Positions 9,199-18,741 are shown, numbered from the stretch's first letter. The stretch: DNA of 59,979 bases from an uncultured Atopobium sp. (GCA_916720745.1 CAKARX010000001.1:1-59979), one strand, 5' to 3'. Translations and numbers: made by a program. The notes: generated by a model not told the origin, from the sequence alone.

Positions 9199-9966
9199 GT
9201 GATTATAAAAAACGAAATACCTCTTTTAGAATATGACGATGCCTCTCCAGAGGTCATTTCAGCAGATCACGAATGGACCGCAGGCCAGCTGCCAGAAAAG
9301 TGCCTCTTTGCATTTCTTGGAGACGTCGTCCATGATTACGCCAACCAGCACGGAGCGGAAGTCGTAGAAACAATCGTGACCGTTTCTCGAGACATTAAAG
9401 TCTACGTTTTAGATTCGTATGGCGAGAAAATCTGTTTAGTTCAGTCCCCTACTGGATCTGCTTCATCCACACAGGTAATGGACATACTGGTTACCTGTGG
9501 CTGTAAGAAGGTAATTGCAGTTGGTTCATGCGGCGTTCTAAAAGAGATACAAGAAAATGCCTTTCTCGTCCCAACTAAAGCTCTTAGAGCGGAAGGGACG
9601 TCCTATCACTATCTTCCAGCATCAAGATATATAGAGCTTGATAAGGAACCAATTTCTGTCATAGAAGAGACCTTCAAAAAAGACGGACTCCCTTTTGAGA
9701 CGTGTACCACCTGGTCTACTGACGGTTTCTTCCGAGAGACAAAAGCTATGGTTGAATATCGCCTGCAAGAAGGATGCTCAGTTGTAGAAATGGAATGCTC
9801 GGCACTAGCCGCTTGCTGCAGAAAACGAGGGGCGCAGTTTGGACAGTTCCTTTTTACCGCAGACTCTTTGGCAAACGTTCATGAATATGACGAGAGGGAC
9901 TTTGGCAAAGACTCCCATGAAAAGGCACTGCTTCTTGGTCTGGAGATAGTAAAGCACTTTTCCTAA
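9199..9966 (+). CDS. Nucleoside phosphorylase (PNP/UDP family)
   Basis: GSCG, EGTSYHY, TWSTDGFFRET and VEMECSA motifs; AGGAG RBS before GTG. Confidence 0.85.
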   Translation: MIIKNEIPLLEYDDASPEVISADHEWTAGQLPEKCLFAFLGDVVHDYANQHGAEVVETIVTVSRDIKVYVLDSYGEKICLVQSPTGSASSTQVMDILVTCGCKKVIAVGSCGVLKEIQENAFLVPTKALRAEGTSYHYLPASRYIELDKEPISVIEETFKKDGLPFETCTTWSTDGFFRETKAMVEYRLQEGCSVVEMECSALAACCRKRGAQFGQFLFTADSLANVHEYDERDFGKDSHEKALLLGLEIVKHFS

Positions 9967-10075
9967 GCCATTACCGGGCATCCACCCTCTCTGCGCTCCG
10001 TAAATTTAAGCGTACAATTGTTGATGTGCACTACTTGCTTTTCATCAGGGCATTTTTACGACTAGTGAGGCCCAT

Positions 10076-10684
10076 ATGAAAGTACAGCAGCTCATCAAAG
10101 ACACGTGTGCAATAGCCTCTGAGGACATCGGCGCGGCAAAAGCGGATCAGATTGCACAGGCGGCTCAAACGCGATTCGAGGCGCTCTGTGCAGAAAATGC
10201 ATCAGATTCCAAGGAGCTTCGCGCTCATTCTTGCAAGCGCATTTACCCTGGTATTGCAGTATATGAAGCTCTACGCGCAGAGGGCATCCCACAAGAAAAG
10301 GCCGTCTGGTATATTCGCGAATATTTCCAGCGATTTGCTGCCAAACGAGTCCCGCTCTTCCAATGGGCCATCAAAACATTTGGTCTTGCACGCAGATTTC
10401 CTCGCCTCTTTAAATCAGGTATCGAGAAAAGATGCACATCAAGTGCTGGATTTGCCTTTGAATATCCAGAAAGTCATGGTAACGAAGCTCGCCTCAACAT
10501 TGTGAGCTGCCCCTACTATGAGATAACCAAAAAATATGGCTGCCCCGAAATAACTGCTGCATACTGTGATAGTGACGATGCAGGATACGGTAATCTGCAT
10601 CCTCAACTTATCTGGGGCCGTACAAAAACCATAGGCCACGGTGGCGATTGTTGCGATTTTCTCTTAGAGTATAAAGAGAACTAA
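10076..10684 (+). CDS. ATC-hydrolase-like (L-2-amino-thiazoline-4-carboxylate hydrolase family) protein
   Basis: CPYY..YGCPE..CDSD..RTKTIGHGGDCCDF cysteine pattern typical of the family. Confidence 0.75.
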   Translation: MKVQQLIKDTCAIASEDIGAAKADQIAQAAQTRFEALCAENASDSKELRAHSCKRIYPGIAVYEALRAEGIPQEKAVWYIREYFQRFAAKRVPLFQWAIKTFGLARRFPRLFKSGIEKRCTSSAGFAFEYPESHGNEARLNIVSCPYYEITKKYGCPEITAAYCDSDDAGYGNLHPQLIWGRTKTIGHGGDCCDFLLEYKEN

Positions 10685-10771
10685 TCGCAGGTAGACGCTG
10701 TTTGCCGCGATTGTCGCTGGACTTTCGTCAGTTTTATGACGTGCCTTGAGCGACACCTGTTAGGAGTTTTT

Positions 10772-11761
10772 ATGCAAGAAAATCGTATGTTTTCCGACGT
10801 CAAGCTGGCAAAAAGGCTAACTCCAGCTTGGCTTAGTCCCTTTTTAGCCGTTTTCTTGTTAGTCGTTGGGCAAATTATTGGCGCTATTGTAATGGCCATC
10901 TCAGCGGCTCTTATTATTGCCCCTTACTACATGACACACCCAGAACTTTCAGATCATCTTTCCGATTCCCTCAATCTGAGAGAGATTTTTGGAGACTACT
11001 ATCTTCTGGTAACGCTTCTTTCCTTTGTCTTTATTGCAGGTCTCTTTTTCCTGTGGGTAAAACTCTTTGAAAAACGTCCGATTGTTACCCTAGGATTTTA
11101 CAAAGACAACTGGAAGAAAGAGCTGCTCAAAGGCTTTGGTCTAGGAATTCTACTCTTCTCTATTGTGATGCTGATTCTCATTTTGACCGGATCTTATCAA
11201 TTAGTTGGCACTACTTTTACGCCATATGCCCTTGGCTTTGTTCTTCTCACTATTCCGTTTTGGCTGATTCAGGGCGGAACAGAAGAACTTATCACGAGGG
11301 GCTGGCTTCTTCCTGTCATGGCAGAGAAGTCCAACAAAATTATTGCAATCGTGGTTTCGAGCAGTCTATTTGGTCTTCTCCATATGTTTAACAGCGGCTT
11401 TACCATGCAGTCTCTGATTGACCTGATTCTTTTTGGCATCTTAGAGACGTTCTATATCATCAAAACTGACAATCTCTGGGGAGCTGCTGGCATTCACGGA
11501 GCCTGGAACTTTGCCCAAGGCAATATCTTTGGCGTTCTGGTAAGCGGTAGCACTACAGGTAGTTCTTTGCTGCAGTTTGCTCCTGGCAGTGGCCCGGATT
11601 GGCTTACCGGCGGTAGCTTTGGCGCAGAAGGTTCCATCGTTTGCACGCTTGTTATGCTGGTAACCATTCTGATTCTTGCCTATCAGCTCAAGAAGTCCGG
11701 CAAGCTCTTTGTAAAGAAATCTGCCGAGAAACCCGGTGAGCCCACAAACGCTTCTTCATAA
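10772..11761 (+). CDS. CPBP (CAAX/Abi) intramembrane glutamic endopeptidase
   Basis: EELITRG, FGLLH and HGAWN motifs; multiple TM segments; AGGAG RBS. Confidence 0.88.
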   Translation: MQENRMFSDVKLAKRLTPAWLSPFLAVFLLVVGQIIGAIVMAISAALIIAPYYMTHPELSDHLSDSLNLREIFGDYYLLVTLLSFVFIAGLFFLWVKLFEKRPIVTLGFYKDNWKKELLKGFGLGILLFSIVMLILILTGSYQLVGTTFTPYALGFVLLTIPFWLIQGGTEELITRGWLLPVMAEKSNKIIAIVVSSSLFGLLHMFNSGFTMQSLIDLILFGILETFYIIKTDNLWGAAGIHGAWNFAQGNIFGVLVSGSTTGSSLLQFAPGSGPDWLTGGSFGAEGSIVCTLVMLVTILILAYQLKKSGKLFVKKSAEKPGEPTNASS

Positions 11762-11799
11762 CTAACCAAATTTCATTAAATTCTAATTTCATAGATAGT

Positions 11800-11829
11800 T
11801 TGATTTTCTTGTCATCTCCTCCTTATAAT
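11800..11829 (+). promoter_or_regulatory. Candidate sigma70 promoter of the first SemiSWEET gene
   Basis: TTGATT (11800-11805), 18-bp spacer, TATAAT (11824-11829), then AAGGAGGAGG RBS. Confidence 0.5.
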
Positions 11830-11855
11830 TAAAATAACAAAGGAGGAGGTGTTTT

Positions 11856-12119
11856 ATGTCAAAGAAACAAATCAATCTATTTGTAGGCTCTATCGGAGCT
11901 TTTATCGGAGTATTTGTTTTTATCGCTTATATTCCACAAATTATTGCAAATCTACAGGGCGTAAAGGCTCAACCTTTTCAGCCGCTATTTGCAGCAGTTT
12001 CTTGTCTCATTTGGGTCATCTATGGTTGGACTAAAGAGCCCAAAAAGGACTGGATTCTCATTATTCCAAATACTGCTGGTGTAATTTTAGGCGGATTAAC
12101 ATTTCTCACCGCTTTATAG
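11856..12119 (+). CDS. SemiSWEET (PQ-loop) family transporter
   Basis: 87 aa with three TM helices; YIPQI, WVIYG and IPN motifs. Confidence 0.85.
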   Translation: MSKKQINLFVGSIGAFIGVFVFIAYIPQIIANLQGVKAQPFQPLFAAVSCLIWVIYGWTKEPKKDWILIIPNTAGVILGGLTFLTAL

Positions 12120-12144
12120 TGATTAAGCAGCAAATTTAATTTAG

Positions 12145-12179
12145 AAATCCGACAGCATCTAATGGTGCTGTCGGATTTT
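12145..12179. terminator. Intrinsic terminator between the convergent SemiSWEET and trmL genes
   Basis: AAATCCGACAGCA / TGCTGTCGGATTT inverted repeat. Confidence 0.8.
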
Positions 12180-12260
12180 AATTAACATGCGTCTTACCTC
12201 TGTCGCCATTCTTGGCGCTTTTCTCATTCTGCATCATAAACAAACTCAATAAGCTAGTTC

Positions 12261-12950
12261 TTAGACACCCATCCCCGGAAAGCCAATCTGTCGCAGCGCC
12301 TCATACAGCACAATGGCGGCAGCGTTTGAAACGTTAAGCGCACTGACCGAGAACTCGTTAGGGTCAATGAAGTTTCCGCAGATATCCTGCCGCAAAAGCG
12401 CTGGATGAGAGTACTGATCATCACCGTCAAGTGCATCGTGCTTTTGACTCCAGTCCTCACGATTAACCAGGCTTGCGGAGTCTTGCAACATTGGGATTCT
12501 CTCACACTCGTCAGCATGCTGGGCCAGGAGTTCCTCGGATAATCCCAAGCTTTCTTTGCCAAAGATAAGGTAATCCCCATCGCGATACGTTGCCTGAGTA
12601 TAGGTCTTCTTAGCTTTCTTAGTCAGAAAATGTAGTGGAGATCTACTGGCCGTAAAAACACCGTTGGAAGCGGTGCCTGCAGCGGCAACAGCGTCGTGTG
12701 CAGCGTCCCCAGCTGGTGCGCCAGATGCTTGGATAAGACCGTTCTTCTCCAGAAATTGGTCCCAGTTATCGTAAACAGAAACGTTAAGGCTTTGCCAGTA
12801 GGCCATGCCTGCTCGTTTGAGGCTTTTGTCATCAAGCGAGAAACCCAATGGCCCCACCAAATGCAGATGAGTTCCGCTCACAACGCAGGTGCGACCAATG
12901 TTTCCCGTATTTGCGGGAATCTCGGGCTCTACCAGTACAACGTTGAGCAT
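12261..12950 (-). CDS. trmL: tRNA (cytidine/uridine(34)-2'-O)-methyltransferase with two insertions
   Basis: PEIPANTGNIGRTC, LGFSLDDKSLKRAG, FGKESLGL and LNVSNAAAIVLYEALRQ. Confidence 0.88.
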   Translation of the reverse strand: MLNVVLVEPEIPANTGNIGRTCVVSGTHLHLVGPLGFSLDDKSLKRAGMAYWQSLNVSVYDNWDQFLEKNGLIQASGAPAGDAAHDAVAAAGTASNGVFTASRSPLHFLTKKAKKTYTQATYRDGDYLIFGKESLGLSEELLAQHADECERIPMLQDSASLVNREDWSQKHDALDGDDQYSHPALLRQDICGNFIDPNEFSVSALNVSNAAAIVLYEALRQIGFPGMGV

Positions 12951-12953
12951 AGG

Positions 12954-13949
12954 TTATGCCAGAATAAAGCTAGTCAGGAAGGCAATAAGTCCGCCAAGTG
13001 CCATAGTGGCTGGCAGCGTCACAAACCAAGCGGCAATAATCTTGCGCGCAACACCCCAGCGCACGGAGCTGCGACGACGAGCAGATCCTGCACCCATGAT
13101 AGATGTGGTGATGACCTGTGTAGTGGAAACTGGCGCTCCAAGTGCAGTCATGATCTCAATTGCAACGGTAGAACTTGTTTCGGCGACAAAGCCAATAACT
13201 GGCGTGAGCTTAGTAACGCCGTCACCAACGGTCCGCATAATACGACCGCCGCCAATGGAAGTTCCTAGCGCCATAGTTGTAGCGCAGAGAAGTTTGACCC
13301 ACAGAGGGATACCCATGGAAGGGTCGTGAAGACCTGCGGTTACCAGGGCCAACGTGATGATTCCCATAGTCTTCTGAGCATCGTTGTTGCCGTGGCTGTA
13401 TGCCATAAATGCAGCTGAGAGCACCTGAAGTCGGTGGAAAAGACCATGGGCCTTTTTAGGTGGCCAATCAGCAAAGATCTCAAATACCAGCTTCATAATA
13501 AAGTAGCCCAGAGCCATACCAATAAGAGGCGAGGTAAACAGAGGAATAACAACCTTCTCGATGACACCTGCCCACAGAATATGGCCCGTGCTGCCGGTAA
13601 ATACAATAGTTGCGCCAATAAGGCTACCAATTAGAGCGTGCGAAGATGAGCTTGGGATTGAGAACCACCAGGTAAAGAGGTCCCAAATAATGGCGCCCAT
13701 CAGTGCAGCAAAAATAACGTAAAGCTGAAGCTGAATATCAACTAGACCAGATGCAATGGTCATGGCGACTTTCTCGCTCATAAGCGCGCCGATAAAGTTC
13801 ATGATAGCCGACATGATAATTGCTGTGCGTAGAGGCAAAGCCTTGGTATACACCGTGGTAGCAATAGCATTTGCGGTGTCATGGAAGCCGTTAATGAACT
13901 CAAATATCAGAGCGGAAACAAGTACCGCAATAAGCAGGATGCTAGCCAT
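12954..13949 (-). CDS. Inorganic phosphate transporter (PiT family)
   Basis: NGFHDTANAIAT, PSSSSHALIG, HGNNDAQKTMG and PVSTTQ. Confidence 0.92.
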   Translation of the reverse strand: MASILLIAVLVSALIFEFINGFHDTANAIATTVYTKALPLRTAIIMSAIMNFIGALMSEKVAMTIASGLVDIQLQLYVIFAALMGAIIWDLFTWWFSIPSSSSHALIGSLIGATIVFTGSTGHILWAGVIEKVVIPLFTSPLIGMALGYFIMKLVFEIFADWPPKKAHGLFHRLQVLSAAFMAYSHGNNDAQKTMGIITLALVTAGLHDPSMGIPLWVKLLCATTMALGTSIGGGRIMRTVGDGVTKLTPVIGFVAETSSTVAIEIMTALGAPVSTTQVITTSIMGAGSARRRSSVRWGVARKIIAAWFVTLPATMALGGLIAFLTSFILA

Positions 13950-14565
13950 TTTTCACGATAACATTCTGAACAGCGTTTGCAACGTGCTTGCAAGCGTCAA
14001 GAGTAGACTCAAGTCTGTCCAAAAGGCTCTTCCACTTAAGAACCTCAATCGGATCATCAACGTTTCTGAAAATAGAGCTCAGGGCGTTACGATAAACAAC
14101 ATCACCCTGGTCCTCGTATTCATTTGCAGAGCGTGTGTGACGAATGACCGAGTCATCCTTGTGATAATCAGGGAGACGATCAAAAGCCTTCTGCAGCTCC
14201 TCTGAAGCAAACAGGATTAGATGAGCTACCTGAACAGCCTCTGGACGCATCTCTTTGATGTCATACATGCTGAGATGAGCAGAAACGCTCTCAATGCCGT
14301 CTGCAATCTCGTCCATAAGCAGGGCAAGACGCGAGATGTCCTCGCGATCAAATGGCGTGATAAAAGACGTGTTAAGGGTGGAAATAATCTTTCCTACCTG
14401 GTCATCACAAAGCGTCTCATAGTTCTTAATCTGAACTTCATAATCTTCTGAACTTGGGAATGACTCCATGTAAGAGACAAACAGTTTTGCTGTAGAAACA
14501 ATCAGTGCAGAAAACTCAGAGAACATGCTGTAAAACTCATCTTCTCTACGAGAAACACGACTCAT
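13942..14565 (-). CDS. DUF47 / PhoU-like phosphate transport accessory protein
   Basis: FITPFDREDI and E..GD motifs; standard DUF47-PiT pairing. Confidence 0.88.
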   Translation of the reverse strand: MSRVSRREDEFYSMFSEFSALIVSTAKLFVSYMESFPSSEDYEVQIKNYETLCDDQVGKIISTLNTSFITPFDREDISRLALLMDEIADGIESVSAHLSMYDIKEMRPEAVQVAHLILFASEELQKAFDRLPDYHKDDSVIRHTRSANEYEDQGDVVYRNALSSIFRNVDDPIEVLKWKSLLDRLESTLDACKHVANAVQNVIVKNG

Positions 14566-14714
14566 ATGACGCCCTTCACTTGGACTTTTTATTACATACA
14601 CAGACATATTTAGTATAGCTGTTTAAGGCGTATATACTGAGGATAATAGCAATTTCTGACTCACAATAAAGGGCATCTTGTACGTAATAAAATATGGGAT
14701 AGGGAGGCAAGATT

Positions 14715-15068
14715 ATGCGAGAAAAGCTGTTTGATTACATTGCAAATCAGTACGGTATAAACCCCGACTATCCCTTCTCGACAGCTCCAACGTATGCTGT
14801 TTTACGCCACCCGCACAATAATAAGTGGTTTGCGCTTGTTGCTGATGTACCTGGTAAAAAGCTAGGCTTGAAAGAATCCAAACACTACGATCTTGTTAAT
14901 GTAAAAATAGATGATCCATTTCTTCTGGAAATACTGCTACATCAAGATAGTTATTTGCCCGCGTACCACATGAATAAAGAGCATTGGATTTCCATACTTT
15001 TGGATGGCTCCATTGACTTTGATGAGCTCTGCCAATGGATTGATGCGAGTTATTCTGCAACAAACTAA
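14715..15068 (+). CDS. MmcQ/YjbR family DNA-binding protein
   Basis: KWFAL, NVK and PAYHMNKEHWISI motifs; GGAGG RBS. Confidence 0.88.
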   Translation: MREKLFDYIANQYGINPDYPFSTAPTYAVLRHPHNNKWFALVADVPGKKLGLKESKHYDLVNVKIDDPFLLEILLHQDSYLPAYHMNKEHWISILLDGSIDFDELCQWIDASYSATN

Positions 15069-15135
15069 CGAATATCTTCTAAGTGATTGGGTAAGAACCA
15101 GCAACCCGTTAATTTACCATTGGAGGTTACTTTAC

Positions 15136-15420
15136 ATGACAGAGAAGCGCGCTATTACATTTGACGAGAACTTCTTCAACAGGATGGGACAGATTGGCAG
15201 CGTACTATCAGTCATGATGTATGTTTCATATATCCCTCAGATCACCAATAACCTTGCTGGAAACAAGGGTAGTTTTATCCAGCCACTGGTTGCTATGATT
15301 AACTGCACCGTTTGGTTTATTTACGGCGCTTTCAAGAAAGAGCGCGATGTTCCTATTATGATTGCTAACGCCCCTGGTATTCTCTTTGGACTTGTTACTG
15401 CGCTAACCGCGCTACTATAA
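15136..15420 (+). CDS. SemiSWEET (PQ-loop) family transporter, second subtype
   Basis: MYVSYIPQI..KGSFIQPLVAMINC..ANAPG; GGAGG RBS before ATG 15136. Confidence 0.85.
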   Translation: MTEKRAITFDENFFNRMGQIGSVLSVMMYVSYIPQITNNLAGNKGSFIQPLVAMINCTVWFIYGAFKKERDVPIMIANAPGILFGLVTALTALL

Positions 15421-15469
15421 GCTGAGTGGTACAGAAGCAACTAGCAGATTTAGCAGATAAGGCGGTCAT

Positions 15470-15883
15470 ATGGCACTTATGGATGTCTATAGGGTTATCT
15501 GTATTCCTATGGCTGCCTTTTATTTTTTTACGGTGTATCTGCTTCTGGGAAAGAGGAACTTGAGCAAAGTTTTTAAGCACACAAACTTTGATCTACTCCG
15601 TTTTGGAATGCTCATGCTCTTCTATATCTTTGTGGGCACCGCATTTTTTATCGCCATAATGTTTCTTACGACAGAAGCTGCGCTGAAACAGCAATTTCTT
15701 GTTCCAGCCTTTATGGGCATTGGCGTCCTTATTATTGTTTGTGGCATCTTCACACAAATAGCCAAACGCTCTACTCACGAGACCCTGCAGACTATTAGGG
15801 ACATAACTGTGCCTCTTATCTGGGGCATTACATCGTTTGCGTATATGCAAACCGTGTTCTACTTAGTGGGCCTGGCAAAATAA
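15470..15883 (+). CDS. Hypothetical membrane protein (about 4 TM)
   Basis: Hydrophobic 137-aa ORF with AAGGCGG upstream; no family recognised. Confidence 0.6.
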   Translation: MALMDVYRVICIPMAAFYFFTVYLLLGKRNLSKVFKHTNFDLLRFGMLMLFYIFVGTAFFIAIMFLTTEAALKQQFLVPAFMGIGVLIIVCGIFTQIAKRSTHETLQTIRDITVPLIWGITSFAYMQTVFYLVGLAK

Positions 15884-15960
15884 TCGCACGATGTTGCCAC
15901 GTCATTCAGTTTAATCGGGGCACCATGCCTTTAAGCGCCCCGCTGTTCTTCGGAAGGCTT

Positions 15961-17037
15961 CTATGCTTCAGAAGACTTTTGACCTTCAAGAGCCTTCTGA
16001 CGACGCTCTTTGAGGTATCTTCCAAGTGGAGCAGTAACAACAAAGTGATTCACAAATGCTCCGCAAGTTGCTAGCAAAGCTGCAACCAGTGCATTTACAT
16101 AAGGATGCCATGCTGGGAAATACTGTGCCAGTGCTTGCTGAATAGGAAAAGCCCAAAGGTAAATCCCGTAGGACAGCTCAAATTTAGTGCCAAACGTACT
16201 AAAGTGGTTACCCATTCCGTATGCAAGGCAGAAGCACGCAATAGGGAAAACCGTCAGCATTGCCAGATTGTCGATTCCGCTAAAGACCATAACAAACCAC
16301 AGAACAATCGAAGCAAGGCCTAAAACAGACGAGATAGTGACGTGATCTCTCAATACCCAGATTAAAACGCCCAGATAAAATAGAAGAACCGCACGCACAA
16401 CGCTCAGCTGAAGCGGAGAAAACTTCACGTAATACACTGCCGCTAACGCAAAAACAGGTACCGAGAGCAACAAAAATTTCTTTTTGTCAAACTTGGTAAG
16501 TTTGTAGCTGATAAAACACAGAATGTAGCAGATAAACTCAACGGGAAGTGTCCACAACGCAGCATTTACCACGTCGCCCGAAGGATTGTTGGTAAACACT
16601 CCTGGCAACTGATGCACCATAATTAAGGCGCCATTGAGCAGGTACTTATACGTCTGTGGATTAGTAAAATATTCTGCAGGCAAAAGCGTTGAGAGTATTG
16701 GACCAAGCACAAAAGCGGTCAAAATCACAACAAACAAAAGCTCGGGAAAAAGCCTCAAAACGCGTGCCGAGAAGAACTTCTTTGGTTCAGGATAATGCTC
16801 GCAACTACGAGCAATCAAAAACCCGCCAAACAAAAAGAAGATGCCAACAGAAACCCCGCCAGGACTCAAGCGATCCCCCGTTACCTTCAGCAAATAGCTG
16901 CCGGCATCACCGCCCAAAACCACTGAGTAGCAGTGAGAAACAATAACCATTAACGCAGCAATAAACCTCATAAAGTTCAGGTTATTAACACGCGATGTTG
17001 CTACGTCGCTCAGTTTGATCTGGGCACTTCTCGCCAT
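15961..17037 (-). CDS. Acyltransferase family 3 (OafA-like O-acyltransferase)
   Basis: RFIAALMVIVSH, GIFFLFGGFL, RVLRLFP, LWTLPVEF and SYGIYLW. Confidence 0.88.
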   Translation of the reverse strand: MARSAQIKLSDVATSRVNNLNFMRFIAALMVIVSHCYSVVLGGDAGSYLLKVTGDRLSPGGVSVGIFFLFGGFLIARSCEHYPEPKKFFSARVLRLFPELLFVVILTAFVLGPILSTLLPAEYFTNPQTYKYLLNGALIMVHQLPGVFTNNPSGDVVNAALWTLPVEFICYILCFISYKLTKFDKKKFLLLSVPVFALAAVYYVKFSPLQLSVVRAVLLFYLGVLIWVLRDHVTISSVLGLASIVLWFVMVFSGIDNLAMLTVFPIACFCLAYGMGNHFSTFGTKFELSYGIYLWAFPIQQALAQYFPAWHPYVNALVAALLATCGAFVNHFVVTAPLGRYLKERRQKALEGQKSSEA

Positions 17038-17652
17038 TTACTTACCTGCCTCTATGCGAACCTTTTGGCCCTCAACGTGAACCTTGTCCTGCGCAAAAAG
17101 CTGTAACACCTCAGGATACAGCTGATGCTCTACCTGGTGAATTGCCTCTTCAAGCTGGTCAACAGTCCAGCCCTCCTCAACCACAACAGGTCGCTGGGCA
17201 ATAATGGGACCGCGGTCGTAATCAGCGTTTGCCAGGTGAACGGTAACGCCTGTCACCTTGACCCCGTATTCATACGCATCCTGAATAGCGTGCGCGCCAC
17301 GGAAGCTTGGCAGCAGCGCTGGGTGCAGGTTGAGCACGCGATTAGGGAAGGTGTTCAGAATAGGAACGCCAACTTTACGCATGTAACCAGCCATAACAAC
17401 GTAGTCGACGTTATAGCGCTTGAGCTCAGTAGCAATCACCATATCCGCAACAAACGGATCCTCATACGTCTCTTTTGAGAGCGTCAGCGTTTGCAGGCCA
17501 GCCGCCTCTGCCCTCTTCAAGCCGTAGGCACTAGGGCGAGAAGAAACAACCAGTTCAATGGTTGCATCCAACGTACCAGCCTGGATGGCATCAATAATAG
17601 CCTGGAGGTTGGTACCTGAACCAGAAAGAAGAACGCCAAGCTTAATTGGCAT
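17038..17652 (-). CDS. purN: Phosphoribosylglycinamide formyltransferase
   Basis: LSGSGTNLQAI, AGYMR, NLHPALLPSF, GVTVH and DRGPII. Confidence 0.95.
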   Translation of the reverse strand: MPIKLGVLLSGSGTNLQAIIDAIQAGTLDATIELVVSSRPSAYGLKRAEAAGLQTLTLSKETYEDPFVADMVIATELKRYNVDYVVMAGYMRKVGVPILNTFPNRVLNLHPALLPSFRGAHAIQDAYEYGVKVTGVTVHLANADYDRGPIIAQRPVVVEEGWTVDQLEEAIHQVEHQLYPEVLQLFAQDKVHVEGQKVRIEAGK

Positions 17653-18730
17653 CGTTGTAGACCACCTTTCCGGTGCCTGGGATAATCTGACCCATAACAA
17701 ATGGCTCAAATCCCTGGTCGGAGAGGGCCTCTGCTACGTCGTCAACATCGTCCATGTCCACAATCAGAGCCATGCCAACACCCATGTTGAAGGTGCGATA
17801 CTGCTCATCAAGGGACAGATTTGCAGCGTTAGAAACGTAAGAAATAACAGGTGGAATGGACCATGCAGGACCAGCTTCTCCACCACGATCAACCTCTGCA
17901 TCAAGGTGAGATGGAAGCGCGCGGTTAAGGTTCTCGGTGATTCCACCGCCGGTGATGTGTGCCATTGCCTTGATAGGTGCACCTGCGCGAAGAGCAGCAA
18001 GCAATCCACCTGCATAAATGGTGGTTGGACGCAAAACAGCATCTGCGAGCGACTCACCGTCGAGCTCCTCCAGCGGCTGGTTAAGCTCCTCGACCGTCTT
18101 ACCCTCAATGGCCACCTTGCGTACAAGCGAATATCCGTTGGAGTGAATGCCTGAAGAAGGAAGTCCCAGGATGATATCACCCTCACTGACCTTCTCGGGA
18201 CCTAAGATCTTTGGCTTGTCCACAACACCTACAACAAAGCCGGCCAGATCGTAGTCATCGGGGTTCATAACGCCTGGGTGCTCGGCCATCTCGCCACCAA
18301 CCAGAGCGCAACCACTCTTGCGGCAACCCTCTGCGATACCGCCAACAATCTCGGCAACAGCCTCGGCCTTGAGCTTGCCCACGGCAACGTAATCCAGGAA
18401 GAACAGAGGCTCAGCGCCCATAGGGACAATGTCATCAACGCACATTGCAACCAGGTCCTCGCCCACCGTGTTGTGGCGGTTGAGCAGCTGAGCAATGGCA
18501 AGCTTGGTGCCAACGCCGTCGGTGCCGCTGACCAGTACGGGCTCCTCCATGTCCTTCAGAGCCGCAGCCGAGAAGCAGGAGCCAAAGCCGCCCAGGCCGC
18601 CGATGACCTCGGGACGAGTAGTTGTAGCAACAGCAGCTTTGATGGCGTCGACAGCGCGAGCGCCCTCATCAACGTCAACGCCTGCGTCGGCGTAGGTAAT
18701 CTGCTTAGCTGGATCAGCGGAAGTGGTCAT
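17642..18730 (-). CDS. purM: Phosphoribosylformylglycinamidine cyclo-ligase (AIR synthetase)
   Basis: YADAGVD, GTDGVGTK, GGEMAEHP, SSGIHSNG, HITGGG and TFNMGVG. Confidence 0.96.
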   Translation of the reverse strand: MTTSADPAKQITYADAGVDVDEGARAVDAIKAAVATTTRPEVIGGLGGFGSCFSAAALKDMEEPVLVSGTDGVGTKLAIAQLLNRHNTVGEDLVAMCVDDIVPMGAEPLFFLDYVAVGKLKAEAVAEIVGGIAEGCRKSGCALVGGEMAEHPGVMNPDDYDLAGFVVGVVDKPKILGPEKVSEGDIILGLPSSGIHSNGYSLVRKVAIEGKTVEELNQPLEELDGESLADAVLRPTTIYAGGLLAALRAGAPIKAMAHITGGGITENLNRALPSHLDAEVDRGGEAGPAWSIPPVISYVSNAANLSLDEQYRTFNMGVGMALIVDMDDVDDVAEALSDQGFEPFVMGQIIPGTGKVVYNDAN

Positions 18731-18741
18731 TGTTTCTCCCC

